Source: a virus (lineage: Duplodnaviria; Caudoviricetes). From it: DNA of 64,000 bases. The stretch lies in the IMG/VR virus record IMGVR_UViG_3300013121_000027, positions 32,001-96,000 of that record, one strand, 5' to 3'. The number at the start of each line of letters is the position of its first letter. Position 1 is the first letter of the stretch. The notes under the pieces are model-generated. The model did no database searches and was not told the DNA's origin. It saw nothing but the letters and a program-made list of their open reading frames with translations. A program made the position numbers and the translations under genes. Of this stretch, positions 33,056-43,761 are shown in pieces.

Positions 33056-34295
33056 GCAAGAGCTCCAAGAATTAGGCTATGTCAGGCACATAGGTCCTCT
33101 CCCCCTTTTCTGGGGTGCCGAGACTGACTCCATGAAAGATATTGAAGAAGCTGGATTCCAAGACTATTATCTTCTTGCTCAAGAAAAGATAGCTCTTCCT
33201 CCTCAGCAGGGTAAAGCTCAAGAATATGCGTATCGTCCTACCATATTTCTTATCACCAAAACTATCATGGGTCGGGCGGTGACACTTGCTGAACCTAAAG
33301 ATATTAATCTTTTTCAATCCACAAACGAAAGCGCTCAATACTTCATGCCCAAGATGCCTTGGGAAATGGTTCAAAAAATGGATGCGTTCTTTAGGTTAAC
33401 CTATAAGAAACATGGCTCTGAAGCTATTCTTGTTCTTACTTATGATATGGATTATGTAGGCACTGAGAATCCTTCTGCTGGATGGAATTGTATTGCTCCT
33501 AAGCAGAAGAATACCGCTGGTAACTGCGACTATGAACCCGATTCTATTCTTCAATATAAGAAAGATTCAGAACTCATCCTTGGCACTATTCACTCTCATC
33601 CAGAAATGAGTGCATACTTTTCCTCTACTGACCATAAGGATCAGGACGAATGGGACGGTATTCATATTACTCAAGCCTGGAAGGGCACCGGTCCTACCGA
33701 GTATTATATTGCTATGATATTAGGTGGACAACAATGGGTTCTTAAACCTGAACAGGTTTTTGATACTCCTCCTCTTCCTCAAGTTGACACAACTCAAGTT
33801 GAGACCTGGATGGAAAATGTAGAAAAAAAAGCCGTCCAGCCGGCACCGATGACTCAGTATGGCAAGACTTATGGTACCACGGGTACCTCTAATCCGCCAT
33901 TGAGCTTGGCTATGCCGTTGCCCACTCAAGGGTTTATGCCTGCTGATAAAGTACGTGCAATCAAGCTTCCAGCTAACGCTCCCGATCCAGAAACGACAGT
34001 TATCATTCCCGAATATCCCGCCTCTATTCTTACCGATACCGTTCTTCATAAGTGCCGCCTCTGCAACGCACCACTTCTTGCTCAGTGTGTTAATTCTCGT
34101 AGGTGTGTTGCTTGCACTGCCTTTATGTTGATTGAAGGTGAAAGCGTAAAGGATCTTGAAGATTATAGAAATAATGGCAAATGGTCCTATTCACTTTACA
34201 TTGATTTGGAAAAGTCTCCCAATCCTATTTCCATCTATTACTTGGATGAAACTTTCTCTGATGATCAAAGAATTGGTGCCTACCCAAAAGTTTAG
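33048..34295 (+). CDS. JAB/MPN metalloprotease (Ubl-processing or deconjugating) with a C-terminal Zn ribbon
   Basis: SEAI...GTIHSHPEMSAYFSSTDHKD matches E-HxH-x7-S-x2-D. Confidence 0.9.
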   Translation: MNEQELQELGYVRHIGPLPLFWGAETDSMKDIEEAGFQDYYLLAQEKIALPPQQGKAQEYAYRPTIFLITKTIMGRAVTLAEPKDINLFQSTNESAQYFMPKMPWEMVQKMDAFFRLTYKKHGSEAILVLTYDMDYVGTENPSAGWNCIAPKQKNTAGNCDYEPDSILQYKKDSELILGTIHSHPEMSAYFSSTDHKDQDEWDGIHITQAWKGTGPTEYYIAMILGGQQWVLKPEQVFDTPPLPQVDTTQVETWMENVEKKAVQPAPMTQYGKTYGTTGTSNPPLSLAMPLPTQGFMPADKVRAIKLPANAPDPETTVIIPEYPASILTDTVLHKCRLCNAPLLAQCVNSRRCVACTAFMLIEGESVKDLEDYRNNGKWSYSLYIDLEKSPNPISIYYLDETFSDDQRIGAYPKV

Positions 34296-34951
34296 GGGAC
34301 ACGGTTGCCCCCTTCGATCATAAAGATCGCCCTAGCCCTGCGTATAGGTTAATATCGTGTCCCGAATGCTATTCTGATTTTGATGATTATACCTACACAA
34401 CTGGCAAGCCTGTCTTAGCTGATCTTTGGTTCTGTACCTATTGTGGTTGCGGAGTTCAAGATTACTTCATTCTAGGAACTGAAGTCTGTTGGTTTGTAGA
34501 CAGTATTGATCTTATAGATGAATTTGAATTTCTTTATGAACCAATTTCTGCGATGACCCAATTGGATCTACAGAATTCGTTTACTTGTTTATGTTGCGAT
34601 CTTCCTATCGAAGATTGTCAAACTTATGGTCAACCCAGATTCAATATTTCTCAAATAAGCATTGAGGACTATATGATTGATCATCATATTATGCGCAGAG
34701 ATATTTATAATGAAAACTTTTCGGATTGCTGCACATGCCAGTTCTATATGACAGATGCTTGTGTTCCTTTAAGAAATATTATTCGTTTTTACCATCAAGC
34801 CAAAGTCATTCCATCCTTTAATTTAGTCGGATGTTATGATTATGAGCAAAATGATGATGCTGATGAATATCTTAACGCATTAAGTGATCAAAAATTTCAA
34901 TCAGAAAAAGAAAAAGATACAATTGTCTTGCCTAAAAAATATACACTTTAA
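34283..34951 (+). CDS. Cys-rich domain probably expressed by -1 frameshift from the JAB gene; extends track ORF 34553-34951
   Basis: Frame is open from 34265 with no ATG/GTG/TTG until 34553, yet encodes CPEC...CTYC; slippery C CCA AAA at 34283-34289. Confidence 0.65.
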   Translation, partial: PKSLGDTVAPFDHKDRPSPAYRLISCPECYSDFDDYTYTTGKPVLADLWFCTYCGCGVQDYFILGTEVCWFVDSIDLIDEFEFLYEPISAMTQLDLQNSFTCLCCDLPIEDCQTYGQPRFNISQISIEDYMIDHHIMRRDIYNENFSDCCTCQFYMTDACVPLRNIIRFYHQAKVIPSFNLVGCYDYEQNDDADEYLNALSDQKFQSEKEKDTIVLPKKYTL

Positions 34952-34959
34952 GGATACTA

Positions 34960-35754
34960 ATGGCTAATAACACTAAAAGGATGATCCTGATTGGCTGTGG
35001 AGGTACAGGAACATGGCTTGCCCATGGTCTTGCTAAATCTCTTCAGTTTCAAGCTCCAGGATCTGCTCTTCTTCTTATAGATGGCGATTCATTTGAACCT
35101 AAGAATGCAGAACGTCAACAGTTTTCACATACTGGTAATAAAGCTTACGTTTTAGCCGAAGATATTCAATATCAAAACCAAGCTATATTTGTTATCCCTC
35201 GTGCTGCCTGGATTGTATCTGCTGATGTTGAGGATCAAGTAGATGACGACGAAGCTGATGATGGTGCTGTTGTTGTTGCCCGTATTACTGCAGAATCTTT
35301 GCTTGAAGAGAACGATATTGTTTATGCCTGTGTAGATAACTATGCTGCCCGTAAGTTGATTTTTGATGCCGCAAAGAATCTCTCTAATATAGATGTCTTT
35401 ACTGGTGGCAATGATGAACATCTCTTTGGAACCGTCTATCATTACCGTCGTCGCGATGGACAAGATATAACTTTTCCTCCAGACTATTTCCATGATGAGT
35501 TTATTAATCCTGGAGATAAGAATCCTGGTGAACTCTCCTGCCAAGAAAGAGCAGAGCTTGATGGCGGAACTCAATTGCTCGCTGTAAATATGGCAGTTGC
35601 CTCTCATTTACTTGCCAAAACCGCTCATACGATTTTTGGTACTGAAAAAGAAAATAAGGCTGCCTTGGAAAAGGCAGAAATATACTTTGACCTTGAATTG
35701 GGTCTCTCTCAACCCTATGATCGCCGTCCAGCTTTGGTTGCTGTAACGGTTTAA
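34960..35754 (+). CDS. E1/ThiF-family ubiquitin-like activating enzyme
   Basis: GCGGTG; DGDSFEPKNAERQ; CVDNYAAR; candidate catalytic Cys in ELSCQER. Confidence 0.9.
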   Translation: MANNTKRMILIGCGGTGTWLAHGLAKSLQFQAPGSALLLIDGDSFEPKNAERQQFSHTGNKAYVLAEDIQYQNQAIFVIPRAAWIVSADVEDQVDDDEADDGAVVVARITAESLLEENDIVYACVDNYAARKLIFDAAKNLSNIDVFTGGNDEHLFGTVYHYRRRDGQDITFPPDYFHDEFINPGDKNPGELSCQERAELDGGTQLLAVNMAVASHLLAKTAHTIFGTEKENKAALEKAEIYFDLELGLSQPYDRRPALVAVTV

Positions 35755-35788
35755 TATATAAACACATACAATAAAGGATATATATAAC

Positions 35789-36043
35789 ATGACTACTGGT
35801 GAATCAGCAGCCGCAGCAAGCAGCCCAAGCTCTTCTGGCAAGGCAACTATTAAGTCTGGCGTTCGCGTTCAGCAAATCGAAGCGGGTCAGACTGTCGGAC
35901 AAGCCCGCGCTGAGTGGGCTACTCTGTTCCGCATTCCAACCGATGCGAAAGCTTACAGTGGTACCACTGAGCTGAGCGAAGATACTCAAATCACTCCTGA
36001 TATGAACGTTGAATTCATTAAGAAGAGTGGAGAGAAGGGCTGA
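35789..36043 (+). CDS. Ubiquitin-like (beta-grasp) modifier ending in ...EFIKKSGEKG
   Basis: Small; G.TV...R pattern; C-terminal GxKG as in PRTRC protein C-type Ubls; directly after E1. Confidence 0.8.
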   Translation: MTTGESAAAASSPSSSGKATIKSGVRVQQIEAGQTVGQARAEWATLFRIPTDAKAYSGTTELSEDTQITPDMNVEFIKKSGEKG

Positions 36044-36069
36044 TTTAAGCCCTAAAGACCTTCGGATCC

Positions 36070-36120
36070 TTTCTCCCTGTTGTCGAGCGTTGTATCAATG
36101 GCTTGACTTCGGGGAGAGGG
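36070..36120 (+). terminator. Long hairpin after the Ubl gene
   Basis: TTTCTCCCTG..GTCGAGC pairs with GCTTGAC..CGGGGAGAG. Confidence 0.5.
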
Positions 36121-36130
36121 ATCTGATACA

Positions 36131-36661
36131 ATGCCTTCTATGGCATTGAATTACACTATCCAAACATTAACGGAAGCTCTTGAATCTATTCTTGGACCTG
36201 AGGCGGCGGCTTTAGTAGCAAGAATAAATGAACTTCCAGGTTCTCACAAGTCTCCTTTTATCGCTTTACCTACAGATATCTCTTCTATTGATGAGATAAC
36301 TCGGCTTATTGCGAAAACTTCAAATGAGTATGGACAAGCTTGTAGGTTAGCTGGTCTTGCCAGAGCTCAATATAAAATAGCCGAAGCTTCTTATAAGTAT
36401 AAGTTTAGAACTTCTATCGGAATGGGAAAGAACTCTTCCGAAAGAGAGTCTAAAGCTTATGCTGCTGCCCAAGCTGAGTACGATAAGATGGTTGTGCTTG
36501 AGGCTATTGTACAGCTTTGTGAATCTATTGAGTCCGCTACTCGTATAGCTTCTGAGTCTTCACGCAGAATGCTGTTAGCAGCTGATCAATCGCAAAAAGC
36601 AGATAGTAGATTTGAGCATTCAGCATCATCCCTATCTGATAAAGACTTCTCTGTCGTATGA
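36131..36661 (+). CDS. Helical/coiled-coil hypothetical protein
   Basis: Ala/Glu-rich ORF between the Ubl and the AAA ATPase. Confidence 0.6.
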   Translation: MPSMALNYTIQTLTEALESILGPEAAALVARINELPGSHKSPFIALPTDISSIDEITRLIAKTSNEYGQACRLAGLARAQYKIAEASYKYKFRTSIGMGKNSSERESKAYAAAQAEYDKMVVLEAIVQLCESIESATRIASESSRRMLLAADQSQKADSRFEHSASSLSDKDFSVV

Positions 36662-36933
36662 TGACACAAAAAATTGGTTTTTATTATTCTCTTAATGAAA
36701 ATTGTCCTCATATCTTTTCTACAGTCTTTGTAGAAGACACCTTTACTTTTCCCTATTCTTTAATTAGGGATTGTTTTTCTTGCAATAAAACTCATTCGTT
36801 TAAATATTCATCTTCCTACTTAGTGAATACTCCACGTCAAAGAGCTTTAATGCAAACTTATTCGAAAAAAATAGGCGTTATTGAAGAGAACGTCATAGTC
36901 TAATTATAAAATACAATACCGATAAGGGATAAA

Positions 36934-38547
36934 ATGTCGTCTTTAGTTGACTCTTTGTCAAATCGTACTCCTATTGTCTGGGTTAATACATTGGAACCCG
37001 AAAGGGCTATTGCAGCTATCCCTTCTTTGAAGTCTGATGCAAGACCTCTCTATGTTTATGATGAATTCTCAGGTCTAATGGTTTGGGATCAAGACAAGGA
37101 CACTTGGAAAGTTGTCTTGGTTGAAATTAAGGATCCCGATACAGGTGAAGTAGTCCAAAAGCCAGTCTTTGGTTCTCAACAAGCCTTTGGTTATATCCTT
37201 AACCAGGATCCAAGTATTTATATAGTTCGTAATGCTCATAAAGATATTGATAACCACTTAACTTTATTCTCTGTTTTGTATAATCGTTATCGTTCAACGT
37301 TCTTTTCTGATGACTTGGATAAGCTCCCTACTCAAGTTATTTGCTTTGCGGCAAATGAGCCAGCGCCACCCGAAATCTCTTCAATGACTACAACTGCTGC
37401 ATGGGGATATCCGACTCCCCTTGAGCTTCGCACTATTATAACTAATATTCGTCAGAACTATAAAGACGACGTTGCTTCTGATGAAGATCTTGATGAGCTT
37501 GTCAAGTCTTCAGTCGGTCTTACTGAGCACGATGCTATTGAAGTCTATCTTTCTTCTATTCGTTCTCATGGCACCATTGACAAAAAGACTCTTCGTTCTT
37601 TGCGTCTGGAGCGTCTCAAGGCTATGTCCAATCTTGAAGTGGATGAGCCAAAGGTTCAGCTTTCTGATATTGGTGGTCTTGACAATGCTAAGAAGCTTAT
37701 TCAGCGTGCGGCATGGATTTGGCAGAATCCTGAAGAGGCTGCTAAATACAAGCTTGTTCCTCTTCGTCGCATTCTTCTTCTTGGTCTTTCTGGCTGTGGT
37801 AAATCCTACCTTTGCGAGGGTGCAGCCAGCGCTCTTGGTCTTCAGCTCGCCAAAGGTGGCGTCTCCAAGGCTATGAATAAGTTCATTGGTCAATCAGAGG
37901 CAAATATTACTGCCATGTTTGATCAGATCAATGCAATGTCTCCAATTACTCTTTGGATTGATGAAATTGGTCGTGATCTTTCTGGTGGTGGCTCTTCTAA
38001 CTATACCGATGGTGGCACTACTTCTCGTGTTCATGGATTGTTCTTGACTAAGATGCAAGAGCTCAATAAGGATGTATTTGTTTTTGCGGCTGCCAATAAC
38101 ATTGAATCTTTGGCTCCTGAGATGCTTCGTGCCGACCGCTTTGACAAACTCTTCTTCGTTGGCTTCCCGTCCTATGAAGAACGTCGTGATATCTTTGCCC
38201 TTCATCTCCCCAGAGATGCACAGTTTGATCTTGATGAGTTGGCAAGTCATACTCCGTGTTTTACTGGTGCAGAAATAAAAGCTCTTATTGAGCGTACTAT
38301 TTTTGATATTTCTCCACAATATAACCGTACTATTACCACAGAGGATTTAGTTAAAACTATTCCTTATCAGAAAAACCGTATTTGGATTCGTCATCGTAAT
38401 CTTGCTGTCAATATGTACTCCAGTGCCTTCAACGAATATGAATGGGCTTCTACCTCTCAGTATGGTGAAGCTCAGTTTATTATGAAGGGCGTTGAACCAA
38501 AACAAGGCATCACTGTTAATGCGGGGATGAGTCTTAATCTTAAGTAA
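36934..38547 (+). CDS. AAA+ ATPase (Ycf46/SpoVK-like)
   Basis: DIGGL; Walker A GLSGCGKS; Walker B LWIDE; AANN...PEMLRADRFD second region of homology. Confidence 0.9.
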   Translation: MSSLVDSLSNRTPIVWVNTLEPERAIAAIPSLKSDARPLYVYDEFSGLMVWDQDKDTWKVVLVEIKDPDTGEVVQKPVFGSQQAFGYILNQDPSIYIVRNAHKDIDNHLTLFSVLYNRYRSTFFSDDLDKLPTQVICFAANEPAPPEISSMTTTAAWGYPTPLELRTIITNIRQNYKDDVASDEDLDELVKSSVGLTEHDAIEVYLSSIRSHGTIDKKTLRSLRLERLKAMSNLEVDEPKVQLSDIGGLDNAKKLIQRAAWIWQNPEEAAKYKLVPLRRILLLGLSGCGKSYLCEGAASALGLQLAKGGVSKAMNKFIGQSEANITAMFDQINAMSPITLWIDEIGRDLSGGGSSNYTDGGTTSRVHGLFLTKMQELNKDVFVFAAANNIESLAPEMLRADRFDKLFFVGFPSYEERRDIFALHLPRDAQFDLDELASHTPCFTGAEIKALIERTIFDISPQYNRTITTEDLVKTIPYQKNRIWIRHRNLAVNMYSSAFNEYEWASTSQYGEAQFIMKGVEPKQGITVNAGMSLNLK

Positions 38548-41431
38548 TTTGTAAGGAAAATTTATGGACAACCATACCGAAATTGATGATCAAAAACCCC
38601 AAGCCATCGAATTAGTTAAGAAGTGGCATCGTACAGGATTTATATCTGTTTCTTATTGGGCGTATGCGGATAAAGTTATTATAGAAATTGGTGCTACCGA
38701 TCCTGATAATGGTAATGCTTTGAAAGGTGCTACCAAATGCTTTCTTCCAGCCCCACAATTTCTTTCCTATCTTCATGCAGAAGTTCATGGAACAATAGAA
38801 AGAATTTATTCTGATTTTACCCCAACAGGTAAAGGTGTTTCGTTCTTTGGTGGAACTATTTCTCCAGTTGTAATTTCTCGCATCTTTAATTCTAAGGTTT
38901 ATTTAGATTATAAGAATAACAATGCACCTGATTTCTTCTTTCGCACCTTTACCTGTGCCCATTATGAAGGTACCACTCGCGATAAAGGTGTTGTAATTCC
39001 TAATTACAAAGCTGAAATTTCTCGTAATACAATGAAACTTTCTCTCATTGACATTGCTGAAATATATCATTTAGTTAATACTCAAATGATTGTTGAGACA
39101 ATGCTTGATGCAATGGTGGAACATAAATGACAGATATAAATGATGCGGAAGATCTTCATAAGTTATTATTGAAATCATTAGATGTTCTTAGCAATGCGTA
39201 TGATCAAAAGTTTCTTCGTCTTGAAGAAGCTCAATCTCAACTTGAACAACAAGTAGCAGCGCTTACCGCTGGTTATACCGATATTGCGGCTATTTTAGAA
39301 ACTCTTACTTCAATTACTATTAATAGAAGTGAAGAAGATAAAGAAGAATTTTTTAAAACTTTAGCTCTTTCAAGAAAGAGAATTATCGAGACGCTACAAT
39401 ATGGAATCTCTCTCGCTGAAGAACAACTTGACAAATTTACCGCTCATGCACCAGGTCCTGATGCAAAATCTCAGCCTGATAAAGGTGTCAGCAACGAATG
39501 ATTGTTTGATTGTAACTGAATCCCAAGCCCAAATGGATTGGTTGAATTCACCACATCTACTTTCATTATTGTATCCTATTTGCCAGTCTTTAGTTGGAAA
39601 AATAGAGAACTTTTATATTGTTTGTCATTCAATATATGATATGGCTTTAAAAGAAAAAATAGAAGTCCTCTCTTTTAAATCTCTTTAGGAAATATCACAC
39701 ATGAATTATGCACTCTTTGAAGATTTTGATTCTTATGATTCAGAATGTTTAAATCCAAATCCATTTGATCCTAATGTACATTTGTTTTATAAGCCTGAGC
39801 CCTCTCTTATAAACTTTTTTCTTTCACATTCAGCTACTTTAAATACTGTTCTTAATTTCTTTAGCCTTTCATTGGAAGAAGCCTTTTCTCAGCCTAAACA
39901 AATTGATGAATTTGTACAAAATTTTAAAGTTAATAAGCAGGACTCTAGAATAGTTCCCATGTCATTCTCTGCATTTAAGAAAATACTTTTTTCTATTAAA
40001 AAAGAACATGCTGGTGTTTCTATACCCCAGCATATTTTTAATGCAATGCAGTATTTAATTGCTATTTCTGATTCTGATAATTTTATAAGTGCCTTATCTA
40101 AAACTCAAACGGTTCAAGTTTTAAAAATAGAAAAAAGTTTTCGCTCTTCATTTAAGGATTTTTTTTCTACTTGGGAAGAAGATAATTTACTTGGTTTAGA
40201 TTTGATTTTTATGTTTGCTGTTTTTATTGACCACAGATATATCCCAATATATGAATCTATACCTGGAACTAATAAATTCTCACCCAAATGCTTGTTTACT
40301 CCAGCGGTACAAGCACAAAATCTACTTCGTCAAGTATTTAAATCACAACCTCTTGAATCTTCTCTGCTTAAGAATGAATTCTATAAGAGGTTTTATTTTT
40401 CTTTTGATTCTTTTCATGATTGGCTTGTCAGTCTTGATCAAAGATATTTTAATGAATCCTATTTTAATAGATTATGTGTTTCAGAAAAAATTATAACAGA
40501 TTTATCCCTAAAAAGAATGCAAGCTTTAAATGAAACAAAAGTAAAAGAATTCATTAATCCCTATACATGGCAGTGATATGAACTACGATATTGATCCAAA
40601 AGAAGAATACATGGATGAGGAAAATGACATGGATAACAAACCGATAGCTAATGAAAATCCTCAGGTATATATTGATGCTACTGTCCTAAAAACAATGCTA
40701 TTTAAGGAAAAGAAAATGTCAGATATAGATTACATCGCAATGATCATTAAAACCGTTGTACGGGATGATATGATTACTGATGGCTATGCATCTTATGATG
40801 TCACGCAAAATATTTTTACTTGTACCGTCCCACCTTGGGTAAAAATTGTCAATGTAGATAAGAATTCCGTTGGTCAACATCATTTAGCTGGCATCAGTCA
40901 GTTTCATGATATCCATCAATATCCTTCTATCTTTTCTATTCAGATAGATGATAGTCAAAAGCCCTGTTGTATTTGGTATTCTCCTACTGCTAAAGAGATT
41001 AATAAAATGGGAAGTGAGCAGGTTGCCCATTATCCATATGACAAACCACTCATTAACCCTGGATGTTTTAATCCTGATTTAACTGGTAGTAAAAATGTTT
41101 TTGACGTCTGTGGATATGTGAATCCTATGATGTCTGGATTCTCCCAATGTAAGCATCATACTATGTCTTCTTGGGAAGATGTGACTGTTGCTTATGAAGG
41201 TGATAATAAGAAGTTTGCTATTCAGAGAAAGCTTCTTGGAGCTCGTGTTCCCCATTATGCCGTCTATGATTATGATAACAATGTAATCATATCCGAAGGA
41301 ACATCTATTCCTGAAATCAAAGAATCTTTTGAATCTGTAATACAAGATAAAGGATATAGTATTGTATCTGTATCTGGAAATAAGAATTCATACTTTAAAG
41401 CTATTTTTGCCTAATTTAGTTAGGAAACTTT

Positions 41432-42199
41432 ATGACGTTTAATGATAGATATATTTTATTAGATGATGTAGCTAATACCGCTTACGTTTATTTACCTCTA
41501 ATTGGAGGTGCAACACTTCCTTTATCTACATATTTTAATACTATTCGTCAAGGTTTTCCTAACTTAGGTTTTTTACCTCCAGTTACAAAATTAATTACAT
41601 CTATAGATGACAATAATTGCTTTAAGGTTATAGTTGAAGCAGCCCCTAAGATTAGAACCCTGATGCTACAAGATGCTTATACTAATGAGACTGAAATAGT
41701 AGAGACTCCTTTTCCTTGGCACTCTTATATTTTCACTTTCAAAAGGCATTCTAAGACTCCAATATCTTTAATGGATGTTACATTACTTTTTCAACAACGT
41801 CAAATACAATCTGATTTAGATTTAGTTAATGGATTCTTTTCTTTACCTTGGCTTCCAAATGTCTCTACTGCTCATAATTTGATACTACCTTTAACTATTT
41901 CTAAATATTTGACGACAGATATGAATGCCTTTTATCGAGTTTTTCTTGATTCATTTTGGAATAACTATATTGTTACTAAACCTTCACCAAGTTTAGACCT
42001 TCACGCTAAAGAACAACTTGATTCTTTTGAAAAGATTATAAATTTCTTTGAAAATCTTCAATCTAAAACTCTTGATTGGGCTTGTGATTCTACTAATCAT
42101 ATTAAATTAAATGATTACAACGATTCAGATTTACTTTATCTTTTAAGTCCTTCTTCATTTAATTTGTCTTTTAAATTTGAGAATCTATTTAAGGTTTAA
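41432..42199 (+). CDS. E2-like paralog, probably inactive (no Cys after LPN)
   Basis: FLPP...TPFPWHSYI...PWLPNV...FW. Confidence 0.45.
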   Translation: MTFNDRYILLDDVANTAYVYLPLIGGATLPLSTYFNTIRQGFPNLGFLPPVTKLITSIDDNNCFKVIVEAAPKIRTLMLQDAYTNETEIVETPFPWHSYIFTFKRHSKTPISLMDVTLLFQQRQIQSDLDLVNGFFSLPWLPNVSTAHNLILPLTISKYLTTDMNAFYRVFLDSFWNNYIVTKPSPSLDLHAKEQLDSFEKIINFFENLQSKTLDWACDSTNHIKLNDYNDSDLLYLLSPSSFNLSFKFENLFKV

Positions 42200-42201
42200 A
42201 T

Positions 42202-42999
42202 ATGCTACTTCAAATAATCGAAAAAACAAATACCATCTCTACTTCTCTTTATTCTAAACTTGGTACAAAAGCCCAAGCTATTATCGACTGTGATGTAGAT
42301 ACCCTTAATGCCCGCATTGCTTCCTTTGGTACATATCTACCAAATGGATGTTTACCTCCCTCTGTTAGATACATGGATTTAGCAACTGGAATCGTTTTGT
42401 TTGAGCGTCCTCCGACTTATATAAACATTTCTTTTACTAATCAGTATCAAGCAAAATTAAAAGCTGAAGGACGCGCAAAGCGCTCATTTAGAATACCAAT
42501 TCCTTGGCAGCGTTATGTCGTTTATCTTGGTAGCAATGGCTTGCCTTCTACCTTGTTTGTATTTTTTGCCGGGAATCAAATACAAAGTTTAGATAACGAT
42601 CCTATGTCTTCTGCTCCGCTTCCCAATCTTTATACTAACGGTACTGTTTGCCTTCCAGTCTATGATCATCGCGACGTTGTACACTTTGATATTGGTGACG
42701 GAATATACAATATGTATGAAACTGTTTGGGGATCTGGATTCAATCTTGATGTAGTACAATGTCTTAATAATTGGCTTTCCAATAATGCTCCAACTCATCC
42801 ATTGACAAAATTTCCAAACAATATCGATAATATCGTTTCATTCTATAATCATTGGTCTAATTTTAATTTAGAACAGATAATGAAAATGAATTGGCATACT
42901 CCACTTTATAATAGTTTTACTCAACTTATCTCATCTATACCTCCAACAGAGCAAAATCATGATAGCTTTGTTGATTTATATCTTGCAATAAAAGGGTAG
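42202..42999 (+). CDS. Prokaryotic E2-like (Prok-E2_D) protein
   Basis: CLPP...IPIPWQRYVV...APLPNLYTNGTVCL...W.SGFNLD. Confidence 0.7.
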   Translation: MLLQIIEKTNTISTSLYSKLGTKAQAIIDCDVDTLNARIASFGTYLPNGCLPPSVRYMDLATGIVLFERPPTYINISFTNQYQAKLKAEGRAKRSFRIPIPWQRYVVYLGSNGLPSTLFVFFAGNQIQSLDNDPMSSAPLPNLYTNGTVCLPVYDHRDVVHFDIGDGIYNMYETVWGSGFNLDVVQCLNNWLSNNAPTHPLTKFPNNIDNIVSFYNHWSNFNLEQIMKMNWHTPLYNSFTQLISSIPPTEQNHDSFVDLYLAIKG

Positions 43000-43005
43000 G
43001 TGCTT

Positions 43006-43079
43006 GGTTCTCTAGCTCAGATCGGTAGAGCGTTCGTCTGAAAAGCGAAAGGTGGTTGGTTCAATTCCAACGGGAACCA
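43006..43079 (+). tRNA. tRNA-Phe(GAA)
   Basis: GGTTCTC/GGGAACC; TTCGT-CTGAAAA-GCGAA. Confidence 0.9.
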
Positions 43080-43123
43080 CAATATATAATGCTAAGGCAT
43101 TCTGAAAGGTAATAAAATCCTAC

Positions 43124-43489
43124 ATGGAAAATAAGATATGGACAGCTTTTAAATTAGACCCCCCAACTTTTACCCGTACCCAGATGGCTAAGCTACTTAA
43201 TTGTACTCCACTTACGATATCAAATCGCGAAAAGAAAAATCAGTACCCAGATCCTAAACGATCTCCTACATCTAATCATAGATTCTATACTATTCAAGAT
43301 GCTTTTCTTTTGCAATATATAACTTATCGTCAAATTAATATTTCTTCTGTAGCTGCTTTACTTTGGGATATGGGCTATACTGATACCGGTCTTGTTTTAC
43401 CATGCTTAGAAAAAGAAATAGAAGTTTTTAAAGCATCTCCAGTTTTGGCAGTTAATCAGCCTCAACCTAAAGTTGAGGATTATATATGA
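43124..43489 (+). CDS. MerR-like HTH DNA-binding protein
   Basis: FT..QMAKLLNC...TI...EK....P.P.R....HRFYT..D. Confidence 0.75.
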   Translation: MENKIWTAFKLDPPTFTRTQMAKLLNCTPLTISNREKKNQYPDPKRSPTSNHRFYTIQDAFLLQYITYRQINISSVAALLWDMGYTDTGLVLPCLEKEIEVFKASPVLAVNQPQPKVEDYI

Positions 43490-43761
43490 GTGATCAATCA
43501 AAAATAAATCCTGAAGAACCATTTGATCTTCAGTATCAAAATGCTATATTCAATTTTCTTTTTCTATTAGTTGATTATTATAAGATGACTATGACTTCAC
43601 AAGAGGCTATAAATAAAGCATGTGATTGGTTAACCTCGTTAGCTAATCACATAAAAAGTAAAAGTTTGGAAATAACAACAGAAATAAATGACAAAACCAA
43701 ACTATTCACTAAGCTCAATAATGGACAAGATATTTAGATTGGCGAAAGGCACCGAGCTTAC

